Of a stretch of DNA of 36,107 nucleotides, positions 23,699 to 36,107 are shown piece after piece. The translations under genes and the position numbers were made by a program. Position 1 is the stretch's first letter, and each line of letters starts with the position of its first letter. Source of the DNA: a virus (lineage: Duplodnaviria > Heunggongvirae > Uroviricota > Caudoviricetes); IMG/VR virus record IMGVR_UViG_2630968500_000009, one strand, 5' to 3'. The notes beneath the pieces were generated by a model. The model did no database searches. It was not told where the DNA came from and saw nothing but the letters and a program-made list of their open reading frames with translations.

Positions 23699-24442
23699 AT
23701 GACACAGACAGAATCAGCGATTCTGGCGCACGCCCGGCGATGTGCGCCAGCGGAGTCGTGCGGCTTCGTGGTAAGCACGCCGGAGGGGGAAAGATATTTC
23801 CCCTGCGTGAATATCTCCGGTGAGCCGGAGGCGTATTTCCGTATGTCGCCGGAAGACTGGCTGCAGGCAGAAATGCAGGGTGAGATTGTGGCGCTGGTCC
23901 ACAGCCACCCCGGTGGTCTGCCCTGGCTGAGTGAGGCCGACCGGCGGCTGCAGGTGCAGAGTGATTTGCCGTGGTGGCTGGTCTGCCGGGGGACGATTCA
24001 TAAGTTCCGCTGTGTGCCGCATCTCACCGGGCGGCGCTTTGAGCACGGTGTGACGGACTGTTACACACTGTTCCGGGATGCTTATCATCTGGCGGGGATT
24101 GAGATGCCGGACTTTCATCGTGAGGATGACTGGTGGCGTAACGGCCAGAATCTCTATCTGGATAATCTGGAGGCGACGGGGCTGTATCAGGTGCCGTTGT
24201 CAGCGGCACAGCCGGGCGATGTGCTGCTGTGCTGTTTTGGTTCATCGGTGCCGAATCACGCCGCAATTTACTGCGGCGACGGCGAGCTGCTGCACCATAT
24301 TCCTGAACAACTGAGCAAACGAGAGAGGTACACCGACAAATGGCAGCGACGCACACACTCCCTCTGGCGTCACCGGGCATGGCGCGCATCTGCCTTTACG
24401 GGGATTTACAACGATTTGGTCGCCGCATCGACCTTCGTGTGA
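23699..24442 (+). CDS. K: Tail tip assembly protein gpK with JAMM/MPN motif and NlpC/P60-like C-terminal region (start uncertain)
   Basis: HSHPGGLPWLSEAD fits the H-x-H-x7-S-x2-D JAMM signature; the open frame is 247 codons from 23699, with an alternative internal start at 23843 (199 aa); 3' end overlaps I by 103 nt. Confidence 0.85.
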   Translation: MTQTESAILAHARRCAPAESCGFVVSTPEGERYFPCVNISGEPEAYFRMSPEDWLQAEMQGEIVALVHSHPGGLPWLSEADRRLQVQSDLPWWLVCRGTIHKFRCVPHLTGRRFEHGVTDCYTLFRDAYHLAGIEMPDFHREDDWWRNGQNLYLDNLEATGLYQVPLSAAQPGDVLLCCFGSSVPNHAAIYCGDGELLHHIPEQLSKRERYTDKWQRRTHSLWRHRAWRASAFTGIYNDLVAASTFV

Positions 24443-25011
24443 AAACGGGGGCTGAAGCCATCCGGGCACTGGCCACACAGCTCCCGGCGTTTCGTCAGAA
24501 ACTGAGCGACGGCTGGTATCAGGTACGGATTGCCGGGCGGGACGTCAGCACGTCCGGGTTAACGGCGCAGTTACATGAGACTCTGCCTGATGGCGCTGTG
24601 ATTCATATTGTTCCCAGAGTCGCCGGGGCCAAGTCAGGTGGCGTAATCCAGATTGTCCTGGGGGCTGCCGCCATTGCCGGATCATTCTTTACCGCCGGAG
24701 CCACCCTTGCAGCATGGGGGGCAGCCATTGGGGCCGGTGGTATGACCGGCATCCTGTTTTCTCTCGGTGCCAGTATGGTGTTCGGTGGTGTGGCGCAGAT
24801 GCTGGCACCGAAAGCCAGAACTCCCCGTACACAGACAACGGATAACGGTAAGCAGAACACCTATTTCTCCTCACTGGATAACATGGTTGCCCAGGGCAAT
24901 GTTCTGCCTGTTCTGTACGGGGAAATGCGCGTGGGGTCACGCGTGGTTTCTCAGGAGATCAGCACGGCAGACGAAGGGGACGGTGGTCAGGTTGTGGTGA
25001 TTGGTCGCTGA
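24340..25011 (+). CDS. I: Tail tip assembly protein gpI (223 aa)
   Basis: Matches lambda I. Confidence 0.9.
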   Translation: MAATHTLPLASPGMARICLYGDLQRFGRRIDLRVKTGAEAIRALATQLPAFRQKLSDGWYQVRIAGRDVSTSGLTAQLHETLPDGAVIHIVPRVAGAKSGGVIQIVLGAAAIAGSFFTAGATLAAWGAAIGAGGMTGILFSLGASMVFGGVAQMLAPKARTPRTQTTDNGKQNTYFSSLDNMVAQGNVLPVLYGEMRVGSRVVSQEISTADEGDGGQVVVIGR

Positions 25012-25029
25012 TGCAAAATGTTTTATGTG

Positions 25030-25052
25030 AAACCGCCTGCGGGCGGTTTTGT
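25030..25052 (+). terminator. Hairpin with T-tract between I and J (possible attenuator)
   Basis: AACCGCC-TGCG-GGCGGTT followed by TTGTCATTT. Confidence 0.3.
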
Positions 25053-25068
25053 CATTTATGGAGCGTGA

Positions 25069-28470
<3,402 letters not shown>

Positions 28471-28488
28471 ATTTTATAACCCAGAACG

Positions 28489-28512
28489 GGCGTCAGAAAT
28501 GACGCCTTTTTT
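28489..28512 (+). terminator. Rho-independent terminator after J
   Basis: GGCGTC-AGAAAT-GACGCC followed by TTTTTT. Confidence 0.5.
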
Positions 28513-28536
28513 ATTGCAGAAAAGCGAGAGGTAATT

Positions 28537-29136
28537 ATGCGTAAACTTTATGCCGCCATTTTGTCCGCAGCCATTTGTCTGGCCGTATCCGGTGCGCCTG
28601 CATGGGCGTCTGAACATCAGTCCACGCTGAGCGCGGGGTATCTTCATGCCTCGACGAACGTTCCCGGCAGCGATGATCTGAACGGGATTAACGTGAAATA
28701 CCGTTATGAGTTTACGGACACACTGGGGCTGGTGACGTCATTCAGCTATGCAGGAGACAAGAATCGCCAGCTTACCCGTTACAGCGATACCCGCTGGCAT
28801 GAAGATTCCGTGCGTAACCGCTGGTTCAGCGTGATGGCGGGGCCGTCTGTGCGCGTGAATGAATGGTTCAGCGCGTATGCGATGGCGGGTATGGCTTACA
28901 GCCGTGTGTCGACTTTCTCCGGGGATTATCTCCGCGTAACTGACAACAAGGGGAAAACGCACGACGTGCTGACCGGAAGTGATGACGGTCGCCACAGCAA
29001 CACGTCTCTGGCGTGGGGAGCTGGCGTGCAGTTTAACCCGACCGAATCCGTGGCCATTGATGTCGCTTATGAAGGCTCCGGCAGTGGTGACTGGCGCACT
29101 GACGGGTTCATCGTGGGTGTTGGTTATAAATTCTGA
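28537..29136 (+). CDS. lom: Lom-family outer-membrane beta-barrel protein (Ail/PagC family), 199 aa
   Basis: Signal peptide ([13 protein letters not shown]) and C-terminal ...[20 protein letters not shown] as in lambda Lom; N-terminal half differs from the lambda Lom I recall. Confidence 0.8.
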
Positions 29137-29163
29137 TTAGCCAGGTAACACAGTGTTATGACA

Positions 29164-29189
29164 GCCCGCCGGTTCAGGCGGGCTTTTTT
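29164..29189 (+). terminator. Rho-independent terminator after lom
   Basis: GCCCGCC-GGTTCA-GGCGGGC followed by TTTTTT. Confidence 0.5.
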
Positions 29190-29200
29190 GTGGGGTGAAT

Positions 29201-32200
29201 ATGGCAGTAAAAATTTCAGGTGTACTGAAAGACGGCACAGGAAAACCGGTACAGAACTGCACAATCCAGCTGAAAGCAAAACGTAACAGTACCACGGTGG
29301 TGGTGAACACGCTGGCATCTGAAAATCCGGATGAAGCCGGGCGTTACAGTATGGACGTTGAGTACGGTCAGTACAGCGTTATTCTGTTGGTGGAAGGATT
29401 CCCGCCGTCACATGCCGGGACCATCACAGTGTATGAAGATTCCCGACCCGGTACGCTGAATGATTTTCTCGGTGCCATGACGGAGGATGATGCCCGTCCG
29501 GAGGCACTGCGCCGTTTTGAGCTGATGGTGGAAGAGGTGGCGCGTAACGCGTCCGTGGTGGCACAGAACACGGCAGCCGCGAAGAAGTCAGCCAGTGATG
29601 CCAGCACATCAGCCCGTGAGGCGGCAACCCATGCGACTGATGCTGCAGGCTCAGCACGCGCAGCCAGCACGTCAGCCGGACAGGCCGCGTCGTCGGCTCA
29701 GTCAGCGACTTCCAGCGCAGGAACGGCATCAACAAAGGCCACTGAAGCATCAAAAAGTGCTGCCGCTGCAGAGTCCTCAAAAAGCGCGGCAGCTACCAGT
29801 GCCAGTGCCGCGAAAACGTCAGAAACGAATGCTGCAGCGTCACAACAATCAGCAGCCACTTCTGCATCCACCGCGACTACGAAAGCGTCAGAAGCTGCCA
29901 CCTCAGCCCGGGATGCGGCGGCTTCAAAAGAGGCGGCAAAATCATCAGAAACGAACGCATCCTCGAGCGCCAGTAGCGCAGCTTCCTCGGCAACAGCGGC
30001 AGGAAATTCCGCGAAGGCGGCAAAAACGTCAGAGACGAACGCCAGGTCTTCTGAAACGGCAGCGGGACAGAGCGCCTCGGCTGCGGCAGGCTCAAAAACA
30101 GCGGCTGCGTCGTCTGCCAGTGCAGCGTCAACAAGTGCCGGGCAGGCCTCAGCCAGTGCCACCGCCGCCGGAAAATCGGCAGAAAGCGCCGCATCGTCTG
30201 CTTCAACAGCCACAACGAAGGCTGGCGAAGCCACTGAACAGGCCAGCGCAGCAGCGAGGTCTGCTTCCGCAGCGAAGACATCCGAAACGAACGCGAAAGC
30301 GTCGGAAACCAGCGCAGAATCCTCAAAAACGGCTGCCGCATCGTCAGCCAGTTCGGCGTCGTCATCGGCATCATCTGCGTCTGCTTCAAAAGATGAGGCG
30401 ACCAGACAGGCGTCAGCAGCGAAGGGTAGCGCCACGACGGCATCCACGAAGGCGACAGAGGCAGCTGGCAGTGCGACGGCAGCAGCTCAGAGCAAAAGTA
30501 CGGCGGAATCTGCAGCAACGCGCGCTGAGACAGCGGCAAAACGGGCAGAGGATATTGCATCCGCCGTGGCGCTTGAGGATGCGAGCACGACGAAAAAGGG
30601 GATAGTACAGCTCAGCAGTGCGACCAACAGCACTTCCGAGTCACTGGCGGCAACGCCAAAAGCCGTTAAGGCCGCGTATGACCTGGCTAACGGGAAATAC
30701 ACCGCACAGGATGCAACGACAGCACAGAAAGGGATAATCCAGCTAAGCAGTGCGACCAACAGCACGTCTGAAACGCTGGCGGCAACGCCAAAGGCAGTAA
30801 AAGCAGCCAATGACAATGCTGAGAAACGTCTGCAGAAAGATCAGAACGGTGCGGATATCCCTGGCAAAGACACCTTTACGAAAAATATTGGTGCCTGCCG
30901 TGCCTTCGGTGGGTCAGTAAGCACAACAACAGGAAACTGGACGACTGCACAGTTTATCGAGTGGCTGGATTCTCAGGGAGCATTTAACCATCCATACTGG
31001 ATGTGCAAGGGTTCCTGGTCTTATGGCAATAATAAAATCATTACTGATACTGGCTGCGGTAATATTCATCTCGCCGGAGCTGTCATTGAAGTAATGGGGA
31101 TAAAGTCAGCGATGACGATCCGCATTACCACACCGACCACCTCCACTGGTGGTGGAACAACTAACGCCCAGTTTACCTATATTAATCACGGAACAGATTA
31201 TTCACCTGGCTGGCGAAGGGACTATAACTCCAGAAATAAGCCAACGGCATCAGAGATCGGGGCGTTACCGTCAGGTGGAACAGCAGTATCATCAGTTAAT
31301 CTGTCTTCAAAAGGTCGGGTAACCGCGCTGACAGACAATACGCAGGGGGCAACAGGTCTTGAGTTATACGAGGTGTATAACAACGGATATCCAACAGCGT
31401 ATGGAAATATCATTCACCTGAAAGGGATGACAGCCGTTGGCGAAGGTGAGTTACTCATCGGCTGGAGTGGTACAAGCGGTGCTCATGCTCCGGCATTTAT
31501 TCGTTCACGACGGGATACGACCGACGCAAACTGGTCGCCGTGGGCGCAGCTTTACACCTCGGCTCATCCTCCTGCAGAGTTTTATCCAGTCGGTGCACCA
31601 ATCCCGTGGCCATCAGATACCGTTCCGTCTGGTTATGCCCTGATGCAGGGGCAGACTTTTGACAAATCTGCTTACCCGAAACTTGCAGCCGCTTATCCGT
31701 CAGGCGTGATCCCTGATATGCGTGGCTGGACGATTAAGGGCAAGCCCGCCAGTGATCGAGCCGTATTGTCTCAGGAACAGGACGGCATTAAATCACACAC
31801 CCACAGCGCCAGCGTATCCAGTACGGATTTGGGGACGAAAACCACATCGTCGTTTGATTACGGCACTAAATCCACGAATAACACTGGTGCGCATACCCAT
31901 AGTGTTAGCGGTACGGCTGCTTCAGCCGGTGCACATACCCATTCGATGACATTTGTTTCAGGTGGTTCCAGTGGTGCTCCGGGAAGTGGATCACCTGATT
32001 ACTCTAAATACAGTGTTAACACTTCTTCTGCAGGCGCTCATACGCACTCTGTATCGGGTACTGCTGCAAGCGCAGGTGCACACGCACATACTGTCGGTAT
32101 TGGTGCTCATACGCACTCCGTTGCGATTGGTTCACATGGACATACCATCACCGTTAACGCTGCTGGTAACGCGGAAAACACCGTCAAAAACATCGCATTT

Positions 32201-32224
32201 AACTATATTGTGAGGCTTGCATAA
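29201..32224 (+). CDS. stf: Side tail fibre protein Stf (about 1007 aa from ATG 29201)
   Basis: [26 protein letters not shown]... N-terminus as in lambda Stf; long Ala/Ser/Thr-rich shaft; C-terminal HxH repeats (GAHTHSVSG...). Confidence 0.85.
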   Translation: MAVKISGVLKDGTGKPVQNCTIQLKAKRNSTTVVVNTLASENPDEAGRYSMDVEYGQYSVILLVEGFPPSHAGTITVYEDSRPGTLNDFLGAMTEDDARPEALRRFELMVEEVARNASVVAQNTAAAKKSASDASTSAREAATHATDAAGSARAASTSAGQAASSAQSATSSAGTASTKATEASKSAAAAESSKSAAATSASAAKTSETNAAASQQSAATSASTATTKASEAATSARDAAASKEAAKSSETNASSSASSAASSATAAGNSAKAAKTSETNARSSETAAGQSASAAAGSKTAAASSASAASTSAGQASASATAAGKSAESAASSASTATTKAGEATEQASAAARSASAAKTSETNAKASETSAESSKTAAASSASSASSSASSASASKDEATRQASAAKGSATTASTKATEAAGSATAAAQSKSTAESAATRAETAAKRAEDIASAVALEDASTTKKGIVQLSSATNSTSESLAATPKAVKAAYDLANGKYTAQDATTAQKGIIQLSSATNSTSETLAATPKAVKAANDNAEKRLQKDQNGADIPGKDTFTKNIGACRAFGGSVSTTTGNWTTAQFIEWLDSQGAFNHPYWMCKGSWSYGNNKIITDTGCGNIHLAGAVIEVMGIKSAMTIRITTPTTSTGGGTTNAQFTYINHGTDYSPGWRRDYNSRNKPTASEIGALPSGGTAVSSVNLSSKGRVTALTDNTQGATGLELYEVYNNGYPTAYGNIIHLKGMTAVGEGELLIGWSGTSGAHAPAFIRSRRDTTDANWSPWAQLYTSAHPPAEFYPVGAPIPWPSDTVPSGYALMQGQTFDKSAYPKLAAAYPSGVIPDMRGWTIKGKPASDRAVLSQEQDGIKSHTHSASVSSTDLGTKTTSSFDYGTKSTNNTGAHTHSVSGTAASAGAHTHSMTFVSGGSSGAPGSGSPDYSKYSVNTSSAGAHTHSVSGTAASAGAHAHTVGIGAHTHSVAIGSHGHTITVNAAGNAENTVKNIAFNYIVRLA
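29530..30610 (+). repeat. Degenerate tandem repeats encoding the Ala/Ser/Thr-rich Stf shaft
   Basis: Recurrent units such as AAKTSETNA / [16 protein letters not shown] at roughly 100-130 bp periodicity; low-complexity composition. Confidence 0.5.
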
Positions 32225-32799
32225 TGGCATTCAGAATGAGTGAACAACCACGGACCATAAAAATTTATAATCTGCTGGCCGGAACTAATGAATTTATTGG
32301 TGAAGGTGACGCATATATTCCGCCTCATACAGGTCTGCCAGCAAACAGTATCGATATTGCACCGCCAGATATTCCGGCAGGCTTCGTGGCTGTTTTCAAC
32401 AGTGATGAGGCATCGTGGCATCTCGTTGAAGATCATCGGGGTAAAACGGTTTATGACGTGGCTTCCGGCGACGCGTTATTTATTTCTGAACTCGGTCCGT
32501 TACCGGAAAATGTTACCTGGTTATCGCCGGGAGGGGAATATCAGAAGTGGAACGGCACAGCCTGGGTGAAGGATACGGAAGCAGAAAAACTGTTCCGGAT
32601 CCGGGAGGCGGAAGAAACAAAAAACAGCCTGATGCAGGTAGCCAGTGAGCATATTGCGCCGCTTCAGGATGCTGCAGATCTGGAAATTGCAACGGAGGAA
32701 GAAATCTCGTTGCTGGAAGCATGGAAAAAGTATCGGGTATTGCTGAACCGTGTTGATACGTCAACTGCACAGGATATTGAATGGCCAGCACTGCCGTAG
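32224..32799 (+). CDS. tfa: Tail fibre assembly chaperone Tfa (191 aa)
   Basis: Start overlaps stf stop (ATAATGG); sequence resembles lambda/K-12 Tfa proteins. Confidence 0.85.
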   Translation: MAFRMSEQPRTIKIYNLLAGTNEFIGEGDAYIPPHTGLPANSIDIAPPDIPAGFVAVFNSDEASWHLVEDHRGKTVYDVASGDALFISELGPLPENVTWLSPGGEYQKWNGTAWVKDTEAEKLFRIREAEETKNSLMQVASEHIAPLQDAADLEIATEEEISLLEAWKKYRVLLNRVDTSTAQDIEWPALP

Positions 32800-32896
32800 G
32801 GTAAAACATATAAATTCTATAATTAGATGTATCTTTCCATTTACGGCAAGGAAGGTGGCTTGGAAGACGTAAAGCATCTCACACCGAGATTATTTT

Positions 32897-33487
32897 TTAT
32901 ATGTCAGGTGTCTGAAGTTTTGCTTTGGCTCTTAAAATGGTTTGCCGCGAGGTTTTGAATTCCCGGGCAATGGCACTTATACTTACACCTGACTTAATTC
33001 GTTCGAATACCACCTGTTTCTGTTCTTCATTTAACACAGGTGGTCGACCAAAACGTTTCCCTGCGCCCCGGGCTCTTACTATCCCGGAATGAGTGCGTTC
33101 AAGTAAAAGGTCTCGTTCAAATTCAGCGACTGCTGAAATTACTTGCATCATCATTTTTCCTGTTGGACTGGTCAGGTCAATGCCCCCCAATGCTAAGCAA
33201 TGCACTCTGATACCTGTTTCGGTCAGTTGTTCCACTGTTTTCCTGATATCCATTGCATTACAACCAAGGCGATCCAGTTTTGTCACAATCAATTGATCAC
33301 CACATTTCAGGCGAGCAAGCAACCGGTTAAAACCAGGACGCTCACTGGTTGCTGCTGAGCCGCTAATGTGTTCTTCGATTATTTGCTGAGGTTTGATTTT
33401 AAAACCTGCACTTTCGATTTCCCGGCGTTGATTTTCGGTGGTCTGATCCAGCGTTGATATCCGACAGTAAGCAAAAATTCGAGACAT
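32897..33487 (-). CDS. pinQ: Serine recombinase, resolvase/invertase family (196 aa)
   Basis: N-terminal catalytic motif (YCRISTLDQ with the active-site Ser) and C-terminal HTH; sits beside tfa as pinQ does in Qin-type prophages. Confidence 0.75.
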
Positions 33488-33803
33488 AGTGAGACTCTAT
33501 ACGAAATTGGTGTTCATATCATAATGCATCTCAGAAAATAATTTTGATTATTTTTGTGCATATTTGTATGTACACGTTCGAAAATAAACGAATGCGTATG
33601 CAACCCCGTAATTTTGGTGAGACCCAAAATCGATTTTGTGAAAAATGGCTTTAACTCGGTTTGTTTTTCGAGTTCCGGGCGGACTCAAGGAAGAAGAATA
33701 GTGTTGCGTGTTATTTTAACCAGATTTCAAGTTGTTTGGTCGTGGAAAAGTGGAGCAAAATGTTGTTAAAGTGGAAAAATGATAAAAAAGTAAGTTTATT
33801 ATA

Positions 33804-34037
33804 TTACATTTTACCATTTAAATTTTGGTTGTCTTTAAGAACTGATATCGCTGTTTGTAATAATTCTTTGTTATCCAGCCATGATTTTTTCTTTATGTTT
33901 CCTTCAATGTAATCAAGCAATGTTCTGGTATTGATAGGTCTTCCCTGTTTTGCTACTTCCACTACAGCATCCCCTAGGATAATTCTTACTTCAGGAAGCT
34001 GCGCAGGGAACCACTTTAGGGTGTCTTTTGATTTCAT
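33804..34037 (-). CDS. ydfK: Small protein YdfK/YnaE-like (77 aa from internal ATG)
   Basis: MKSKDTLKWFPAQLPEVRIILGDAVVEVAKQG...; AAGGA SD upstream of ATG 34037; AT-rich long leader. Confidence 0.55.
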   Translation of the reverse strand: MKSKDTLKWFPAQLPEVRIILGDAVVEVAKQGRPINTRTLLDYIEGNIKKKSWLDNKELLQTAISVLKDNQNLNGKM

Positions 34038-34823
34038 GAAGATATTCCTTAAAATATTATTGATTTTCATTGCGATATTGTATGTCTGATTCAGGATATG
34101 TTGACTTATACATCGGTTTTGTCTGGGTTATTGGATATGCCAATCCCTAATTTTATTAGGGCATGACTAAAAATGCTGAATATGATAAGGAGAGATGTGA
34201 TTATCAGTATGCTGTTCATATAGCCTCGAATTAGTAATGTGTTATATATGATATAGTTGACAATTTTTATCTTGGGTGTTCTTAAAGTTCGTAGATAAAC
34301 ATTGTCGTTTCAGGTATACAGGAATGCTAACAGGTGGCAGCAAAAATCAGGCGGTTTATGGCGCAAGCTGAAGCGGCAACTGCAAACTATCTTATGCAGA
34401 GACTCTACACGGATTGGGTTTAAAAGTATACATAGATAACAGTTTTTATCTGAAAAATAAAAATATCAAGGTGATATAGCCTATATGCCTTTGATGCGGA
34501 GGAATGAATGTGATGGGAGTGATGTATCTGAATAGTTGAAAAACCGCAGACACGCCTTATGCAAGAACGTGCTGCGGTTGGCTGGTAAATTTTTCGATAG
34601 TGTGAGTATTGAATGATTTCCAGCCGTTCTTGATTTTACGCATAAATCCATGAAAAAACTACTTATCTGTTGGGGAGTTTTTTTTGGGGCATATATGGGA
34701 CATAAATAGGCCCCAGATAGACACTGAGATCGAACTTAGGATGCTTTTTAAAAAATGCAACTATCTGAAAAAACCTAGAAAACGCCAAGGAAACCACAGG
34801 ATGGGAAAAAACACCTGTGAATT

Positions 34824-36107
34824 ATGGATTTCCAGTTATATTCGCTCGGCGCAGCGTTAGTGTTTCATGAAATATTTTTTCCTGAATCATCAACGGCAAT
34901 GGCGTTAATTCTGGCAATGGGAACCTACGGTGCAGGTTATGTGGCGCGTATTGTCGGAGCATTTATTTTCGGCAAAATGGGCGACAGAATAGGGCGTAAA
35001 AAAGTGCTCTTTATTACCATCACCATGATGGGGATCTGTACCACCTTAATTGGTGTGTTACCGACCTATGCACAGATTGGTGTTTTTGCACCCATCTTGC
35101 TGGTGACGTTGCGTATTATTCAGGGGTTGGGTGCAGGTGCGGAAATTTCCGGTGCCGGTACGATGCTGGCGGAATATGCGCCAAAAGGTAAGCGCGGAAT
35201 TATCTCCTCATTTGTGGCTATGGGAACTAACTGCGGAACCTTGAGCGCAACGGCAATCTGGGCCTTTATGTTCTTCATTCTCAGTAAAGAGGAACTGCTG
35301 GCGTGGGGATGGCGTATACCGTTCCTGGCGAGCGTTGTCGTGATGGTCTTTGCTATCTGGTTGCGTATGAATCTGAAAGAAAGCCCGGTCTTTGAGAAGG
35401 TTAACGACAGTAACCAACCGACAGCAAAACCTGCACCTGCTGGTAGCATGTTCCAGAGCAAATCCTTCTGGCTGGCAACAGGGCTGCGTTTTGGTCAGGC
35501 GGGTAACTCCGGGTTAATTCAGACTTTCCTTGCAGGCTATTTAGTGCAGACGTTATTGTTTAACAAAGCAATTCCAACAGATGCATTGATGATCAGTTCG
35601 ATTCTCGGCTTTATGACCATTCCGTTCCTTGGTTGGTTATCCGATAAAATTGGTCGCCGGATCCCGTATATTATTATGAATACCTCCGCGATTGTGCTGG
35701 CATGGCCAATGCTTTCTATCATTGTAGATAAAAGCTATGCCCCGAGCACCATTATGGTTGCACTGATTGTGATTCATAACTGTGCGGTGCTGGGATTATT
35801 TGCTCTGGAAAACATTACCATGGCAGAAATGTTCGGCTGTAAAAACCGCTTTACCCGGATGGCTATTTCTAAAGAAATTGGTGGTCTTATCGCTTCCGGT
35901 TTTGGTCCTATCCTGGCGGGTATTTTCTGCACCATGACGGAATCCTGGTATCCGATCGCCATTATGATCATGGCATATTCAGTGATTGGTTTAATCTCTG
36001 CGCTGAAAATACCAGAGGTGAAAGACCGTGATTTAAGTGCGCTGGAAGACGCTGCGGAAGATCAACCGCGTGTTGTAAGAGCTGCGCAACCTTCCAGAAG
36101 TCTGTAA
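34824..36107 (+). CDS. ydfJ: MFS transporter, metabolite:H+ symporter family, 5'-truncated at prophage junction
   Basis: Starts inside the conserved first TM segment (MDFQLYSLGAALVFHEIFFP...) and has the GDRIGRKK loop motif; an in-frame stop lies directly upstream (34818-34820), so the native N-terminus (about 25-30 residues) is absent. Confidence 0.7.
   Translation: MDFQLYSLGAALVFHEIFFPESSTAMALILAMGTYGAGYVARIVGAFIFGKMGDRIGRKKVLFITITMMGICTTLIGVLPTYAQIGVFAPILLVTLRIIQGLGAGAEISGAGTMLAEYAPKGKRGIISSFVAMGTNCGTLSATAIWAFMFFILSKEELLAWGWRIPFLASVVVMVFAIWLRMNLKESPVFEKVNDSNQPTAKPAPAGSMFQSKSFWLATGLRFGQAGNSGLIQTFLAGYLVQTLLFNKAIPTDALMISSILGFMTIPFLGWLSDKIGRRIPYIIMNTSAIVLAWPMLSIIVDKSYAPSTIMVALIVIHNCAVLGLFALENITMAEMFGCKNRFTRMAISKEIGGLIASGFGPILAGIFCTMTESWYPIAIMIMAYSVIGLISALKIPEVKDRDLSALEDAAEDQPRVVRAAQPSRSL

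Noticed and set aside
22893-23705. 270-aa minus-strand ORF spanning M and L
   Set aside because: Antisense to two conserved tail genes; no independent support.
29595-30605. 336-aa Arg/Gln/Pro-rich plus-strand ORF and 249-aa Ala/Asp-rich minus-strand ORF (29698-30447) inside stf
   Set aside because: Alternate-frame artefacts of the repetitive GC-rich codons encoding the Stf Ala/Ser shaft.
32224-33487. Pin-type invertible segment with an alternative tfa copy
   Set aside because: Only one tfa and no inverted duplicate or clear 26-bp crossover inverted repeats were found by eye.
33554-33912. Plus-strand ORFs of 71 and 83 aa in the AT-rich spacer between pin and ydfK
   Set aside because: Low-complexity AT-rich sequence, no ribosome-binding sites, and they overlap the ydfK-like gene antisense; likely non-coding leader or promoter DNA.

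Overview
This window is the late (right-arm) half of a lambdoid prophage with Qin-like accessory genes, followed by a complete lambda-type head and tail gene set, ending at a host junction inside an MFS transporter gene. All homology statements come from reading the translations and comparing them with remembered lambda, phage 21, IS1 and E. coli K-12 Qin sequences; no database search was run. In order: a hok-family toxin gene, three small genes including a DUF968 protein with an HNH-like motif, a Q antiterminator with a candidate late promoter and terminator, divergent cold-shock genes cspF and cspB, a phage-21-type lysis cassette (pinholin, interposed ydfR, SAR endolysin, nested Rz/Rz1), a complete IS1 with 9-bp target duplications, cspI, a small-gene cluster with gnsB, an antisense ynfO/ydfO pair, cos, then Nu1 through J, lom, a long repetitive stf, tfa, a serine recombinase, ydfK and a 5'-truncated ydfJ-like transporter. 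I found no CRISPR array or tRNA, and no system I can confidently call novel. The best candidates for unexplored biology are the antisense RHH/DUF1398 pair beside cos, the small-protein cluster around gnsB, and the coupled ORF plus DUF968/HNH gene upstream of Q.
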